A stretch of 33,956 nucleotides of DNA from an uncultured Gammaproteobacteria bacterium (lineage in GTDB: Bacteria > Patescibacteriota > Patescibacteriia > Patescibacteriales > UBA12465), in assembly GCA_964416495.1 (NCBI GenBank), contig CAYQEI010000003.1:1-33956 (forward strand). Reading direction: 5' to 3'. Below the pieces are notes generated by a model, which saw only the letters and a list, made by a program, of their open reading frames with translations, was not told the DNA's origin and searched no databases. Positions 31,258 to 33,956 of this stretch are shown piece by piece. How positions within the stretch are numbered: the stretch's first letter is position 1; every line of letters starts with the position of its first letter. Both the position numbers and the translations under genes were made by a program.

Positions 31258-33956
31258 CTAGAGACTTGCACTTGCCTCAACGAATCCACCCCAATTATCC
31301 CAAATCTGAATTGTGATATTTACAGTACCTGTTTTATTAACATAATAATGATTGAACTTATGAATCATGCTATCTGAGCTAATGCCTGGCTGTGGCTTGT
31401 GATCTACTCCAGTAATTGCCTGACTACTTTCATCGCCCCAATCAATATGAATCATATTCAAAGGTTGCCTATCTTTATCAACCGTAGTGTTAAAGGAAAG
31501 AGCATATACTCCTGAGCCAAAGTTAGGTAAGTCCTGTCCTTTTTTAGCTCTGGCATCGCTAATCCTTGTTAGGGTAATGTTACTTATCTGAGGCCCACTA
31601 GTAGCTGCCATAGTTATAGTAAAGTTACCAGTTGGATCAGGAACGTAACGTCCGTTCCGATAAACAAAGGCTCCGTATGAAGTCCTGAAAATATTACCCA
31701 AAGCATTTTGAGCATCCTCTGGGTATTTCGGAGCTACACTCCAAAGTGGAATACAGGTACCAAAGCCACCATCAGAACAAGATTTGTTATTGATAATCTG
31801 ATATGACTCATCGCCATTTTCTGGGTCTGGATAATAAATACAGAAAGCATTAGTGTTGAGTTCGCAAACACCAACATTGGCGCAAGAATTACCTGAACAA
31901 GCGTAAGGACGACCGGCATAAACAGCTCTTGGGTCTTTCTCATAATACTGGTTACGTAGATAAATTGCTCCACTGTTAACAATATCGTAGTTGGCGTCAA
32001 AGCTAGCAGCGCCATAAGGGGCGTCTAATGCTAGACGGCCATAGCCTTTGAGATTATTGTTAGGGTTCATAAATGGTGGCGTATCATAGGAGTATTCTGG
32101 ATCAGCAGTTACTCCAACCCGACTAGTCCAGGCTTGATTCTCACCAGCGCTAGATACTAATTGGACAAAGTTGCTACAAGAGAAGTTAAAGAGCTTATCC
32201 CTATCTTCTCTATCTGCTGAGATATATTGAAGCCCTTGTTCGTCATAAACTCGATAATCAGGATTATAGACCCTAATAGCTGGGTCAGCATTACCCTGCT
32301 CATCAATTGGTTCACATTTCTCACCGCTACCAGCACAACCTTTAACTGACTCATAATTCATCTTCCCATCATAATAGAACCAGGCATCGCGGTAGAAGGT
32401 CATGTCACAAGAAGAAGCGGTAGCGTTAGCAAAGGCTCCTTGAGCTGTAGTTCTAGCACCGACCCCGAAGACAAGTCCGTCGTCAACGTTTCTCTTATTG
32501 TCATTGGGGACACAGTAGACTTCAGCTGTATTTGAGTCTTCTTGGTTAAGTACTAAGATAGATCGATAGTCACCACTTGTTCCACAATAACTTTCATGGA
32601 GATTTTTATTTGATGTCAACTCTCGACAAGAGCCAGTTGAGGTTCTAATTGGGAGGTTAAATGCATCAGCAACTGATCCGCTAAGTTGCCAATAGCCTGG
32701 TGGCCTTACCGCCTCTGGATCTTCTGGCTCTGGTGGTTCAATGTAGACGAAGGCATTAGATCGGCGCGATATTAATTTCGTGCTTAACTTCCTGACAAAT
32801 TTAATGTTAGAATTAATGTTAGTACAATAGCTCAGCCCACTTCTTTCACTATAACCTAAAGAGGAGCCAGCAAAAGATGAGCTAATCCTATCTGCTGGAT
32901 ACCAAGTAATACAGTTATTTGGATTATCGCGGTCGTACTCAAGACAATAGCCCTCTAAGCCAGTAGTAATAACATTCTTATTATAATCACTACACTCAAA
33001 GCTACCAATATTTGGATATAGGCGACAATCACGTACCGCAAACTCATTTACTCCTTTTTTCAGTACTGGTTCAATTCTAATGTCGTCAAAATAGACTTCT
33101 CCACTAGCACCGCCACTAGAGCTTAGGTAAAGAGAAACTGCGCTATAGTCTGAATTACCAGAAATTATTTTTTCGGTGCCAAAAGGAATTATTTTTCTTT
33201 CCCAACCATGATTAGCACTGGCATACGCCACTACACCGTTAGTGGCATTTTTAGCTTTAATCTCTATCTTCGCTTGAGCTCCACCTGACTTTTCTGTATT
33301 TACTAAGAAGCTCAAGTAATAGTCATGACCAGCCGAAAGGTTAAAGAACTGACCATCGGCTTGAGGGGAAATAATTAAGCCATTAGGTACCTTCAAGAAA
33401 CTCTTTCCTGAAGCTGGGTAATCTACCGGCGACCCTTCTGGCTCACGGACAACAAAGTCGGTAAATGAATAAGAAGCACAAGGTAGGCCACCCGAAGTAC
33501 AAGATATGGCTGGAACTAAATCCTCAAAGTCAAAGTGAGCGTTAGAGTTTAGTCCAACCTCTTGCATCTTAGAAATATTATCTAAACCAGGAATGTAATA
33601 ACCAGTAGCATTAGCTGGGTTATATGTATACTCAGGGTCAACAAAATTAACACATTCACCAAACTCATCAACTGCATTACATTCTTTAAGGTCATAGCAA
33701 ACTTTCTGCCCAGTCTCTTCATCAATGGCATAGGTAGCACAGGATAGCCACATTCCACAAGTTCTATCTGGTCTTACCTTAATTAACTGATTAGTAGCAC
33801 AAGAACCTGGGACTCCGTCATCACAAGTGACCGGTGAAGAGCCTTGACTACTGCGATAAGGGTCAAAGCCTTGGCCAGCTAAATTGGCATAACCACTAGC
33901 TCCAGTAAATGATCTTTCGTTAAACAAGACACAGCCTTGATTGAAATCTAAACGAC
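31258..33956 (-). CDS. Large Cys-rich extracellular protein, C-terminal ~899 aa (N-terminus beyond window end), with jelly-roll/CBM-like and C-terminal PKD-like segments
   Basis: The track start 33927 is a TTG, but the frame remains open to 33956 (...RLDFNQGCV upstream). About 50 Cys residues. CBM-like stretch YYLSFLVNTEKSGGAQAKIEIKA...GEVYFDDIRIEPV. PKD-like stretch IHIDWGDESSQ...HKFNHYY...GTVNITIQIWDNWG. Confidence 0.75.
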   Translation of the reverse strand, partial: RLDFNQGCVLFNERSFTGASGYANLAGQGFDPYRSSQGSSPVTCDDGVPGSCATNQLIKVRPDRTCGMWLSCATYAIDEETGQKVCYDLKECNAVDEFGECVNFVDPEYTYNPANATGYYIPGLDNISKMQEVGLNSNAHFDFEDLVPAISCTSGGLPCASYSFTDFVVREPEGSPVDYPASGKSFLKVPNGLIISPQADGQFFNLSAGHDYYLSFLVNTEKSGGAQAKIEIKAKNATNGVVAYASANHGWERKIIPFGTEKIISGNSDYSAVSLYLSSSGGASGEVYFDDIRIEPVLKKGVNEFAVRDCRLYPNIGSFECSDYNKNVITTGLEGYCLEYDRDNPNNCITWYPADRISSSFAGSSLGYSERSGLSYCTNINSNIKFVRKLSTKLISRRSNAFVYIEPPEPEDPEAVRPPGYWQLSGSVADAFNLPIRTSTGSCRELTSNKNLHESYCGTSGDYRSILVLNQEDSNTAEVYCVPNDNKRNVDDGLVFGVGARTTAQGAFANATASSCDMTFYRDAWFYYDGKMNYESVKGCAGSGEKCEPIDEQGNADPAIRVYNPDYRVYDEQGLQYISADREDRDKLFNFSCSNFVQLVSSAGENQAWTSRVGVTADPEYSYDTPPFMNPNNNLKGYGRLALDAPYGAASFDANYDIVNSGAIYLRNQYYEKDPRAVYAGRPYACSGNSCANVGVCELNTNAFCIYYPDPENGDESYQIINNKSCSDGGFGTCIPLWSVAPKYPEDAQNALGNIFRTSYGAFVYRNGRYVPDPTGNFTITMAATSGPQISNITLTRISDARAKKGQDLPNFGSGVYALSFNTTVDKDRQPLNMIHIDWGDESSQAITGVDHKPQPGISSDSMIHKFNHYYVNKTGTVNITIQIWDNWGGFVEASASL

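Noticed and set aside
5423-32354. Other short embedded or antisense track ORFs: 5423..5641, 6013..6234, 6142..6360, 7275..7466, 8293..8475, 10395..10595, 11319..11654, 12247..12576, 13816..14055, 14422..14817, 15220..15453, 19843..20040, 20279..20467, 21260..21619, 28966..29175, 29579..29776, 30520..30759, 31734..32015, 32157..32354
   Set aside because: Each lies wholly within, or mostly overlaps, a longer ORF with recognisable motifs. Their compositions look like frame-shifted or antisense translations.
21621-33956. Calling the region an integrative conjugative element or mobile element
   Set aside because: No integrase, relaxase, coupling protein, att repeats or tRNA target is visible. The gene orientation, codon style and promoters match the flanking housekeeping genes. 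This cannot be excluded without the sequence beyond 33956.

Overview
Gene-dense, AT-rich bacterial window. It uses the standard genetic code: TGA acts as a stop, e.g. the ATGA stop/start overlap at 7071-7074. All calls come from motif recognition and my own translation; no database search was run. The small tightly packed genes, monoderm-style pilus genes and many lineage-specific hypothetical proteins suggest a Patescibacteria/CPR-like organism (inference).

Three blocks:
(A) 1-15032, minus strand. A type IV pilus (T4P) locus in the order pilM, pilN-like, pilO-like, small membrane protein, pilB, pilC, two tandem major-pilin paralogs, FemAB-family transferase, ybeY, secreted Cys-rich protein, three minor pilins, PilX-like protein. 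It is followed by a very large secreted tail-fibre-like repeat protein that runs off the window start. That protein is missing from the ORF track because it has no in-window stop.
(B) 15120-19215, plus strand. A TolB-like beta-propeller protein, comF(C), and a canonical T-box leader with terminator/antiterminator in front of a thrS that lacks the TGS domain.
(C) 19278-33956, minus strand. A small acidic protein, an FNR-like oxidoreductase and radA, then a minimal Gram-positive-style type IV secretion (T4SS)-like locus. Its components are a VirB8-position protein, VirB4, a VirB4-N-domain-like ORF separated from VirB4 by a single in-frame TAA, PrgI/VirB3-like, two paralogous Pro/Glu/Lys-rich soluble proteins, a VirB6-like polytopic protein with a large unknown C-terminal domain, a small membrane protein, and a large Cys-rich CBM/PKD-like secreted protein that runs off the window end.

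No relaxase, VirD4, integrase, secretin, PilT, PilD, rRNA, tRNA or CRISPR array was seen in the window. A recurrent extended -10 box (TGCTATAAT) marks the transcription units, and two of them look leaderless. The best candidate for an undescribed system is the T4SS-like locus with its lineage-specific partners. The pilus-linked giant adhesin module is second.
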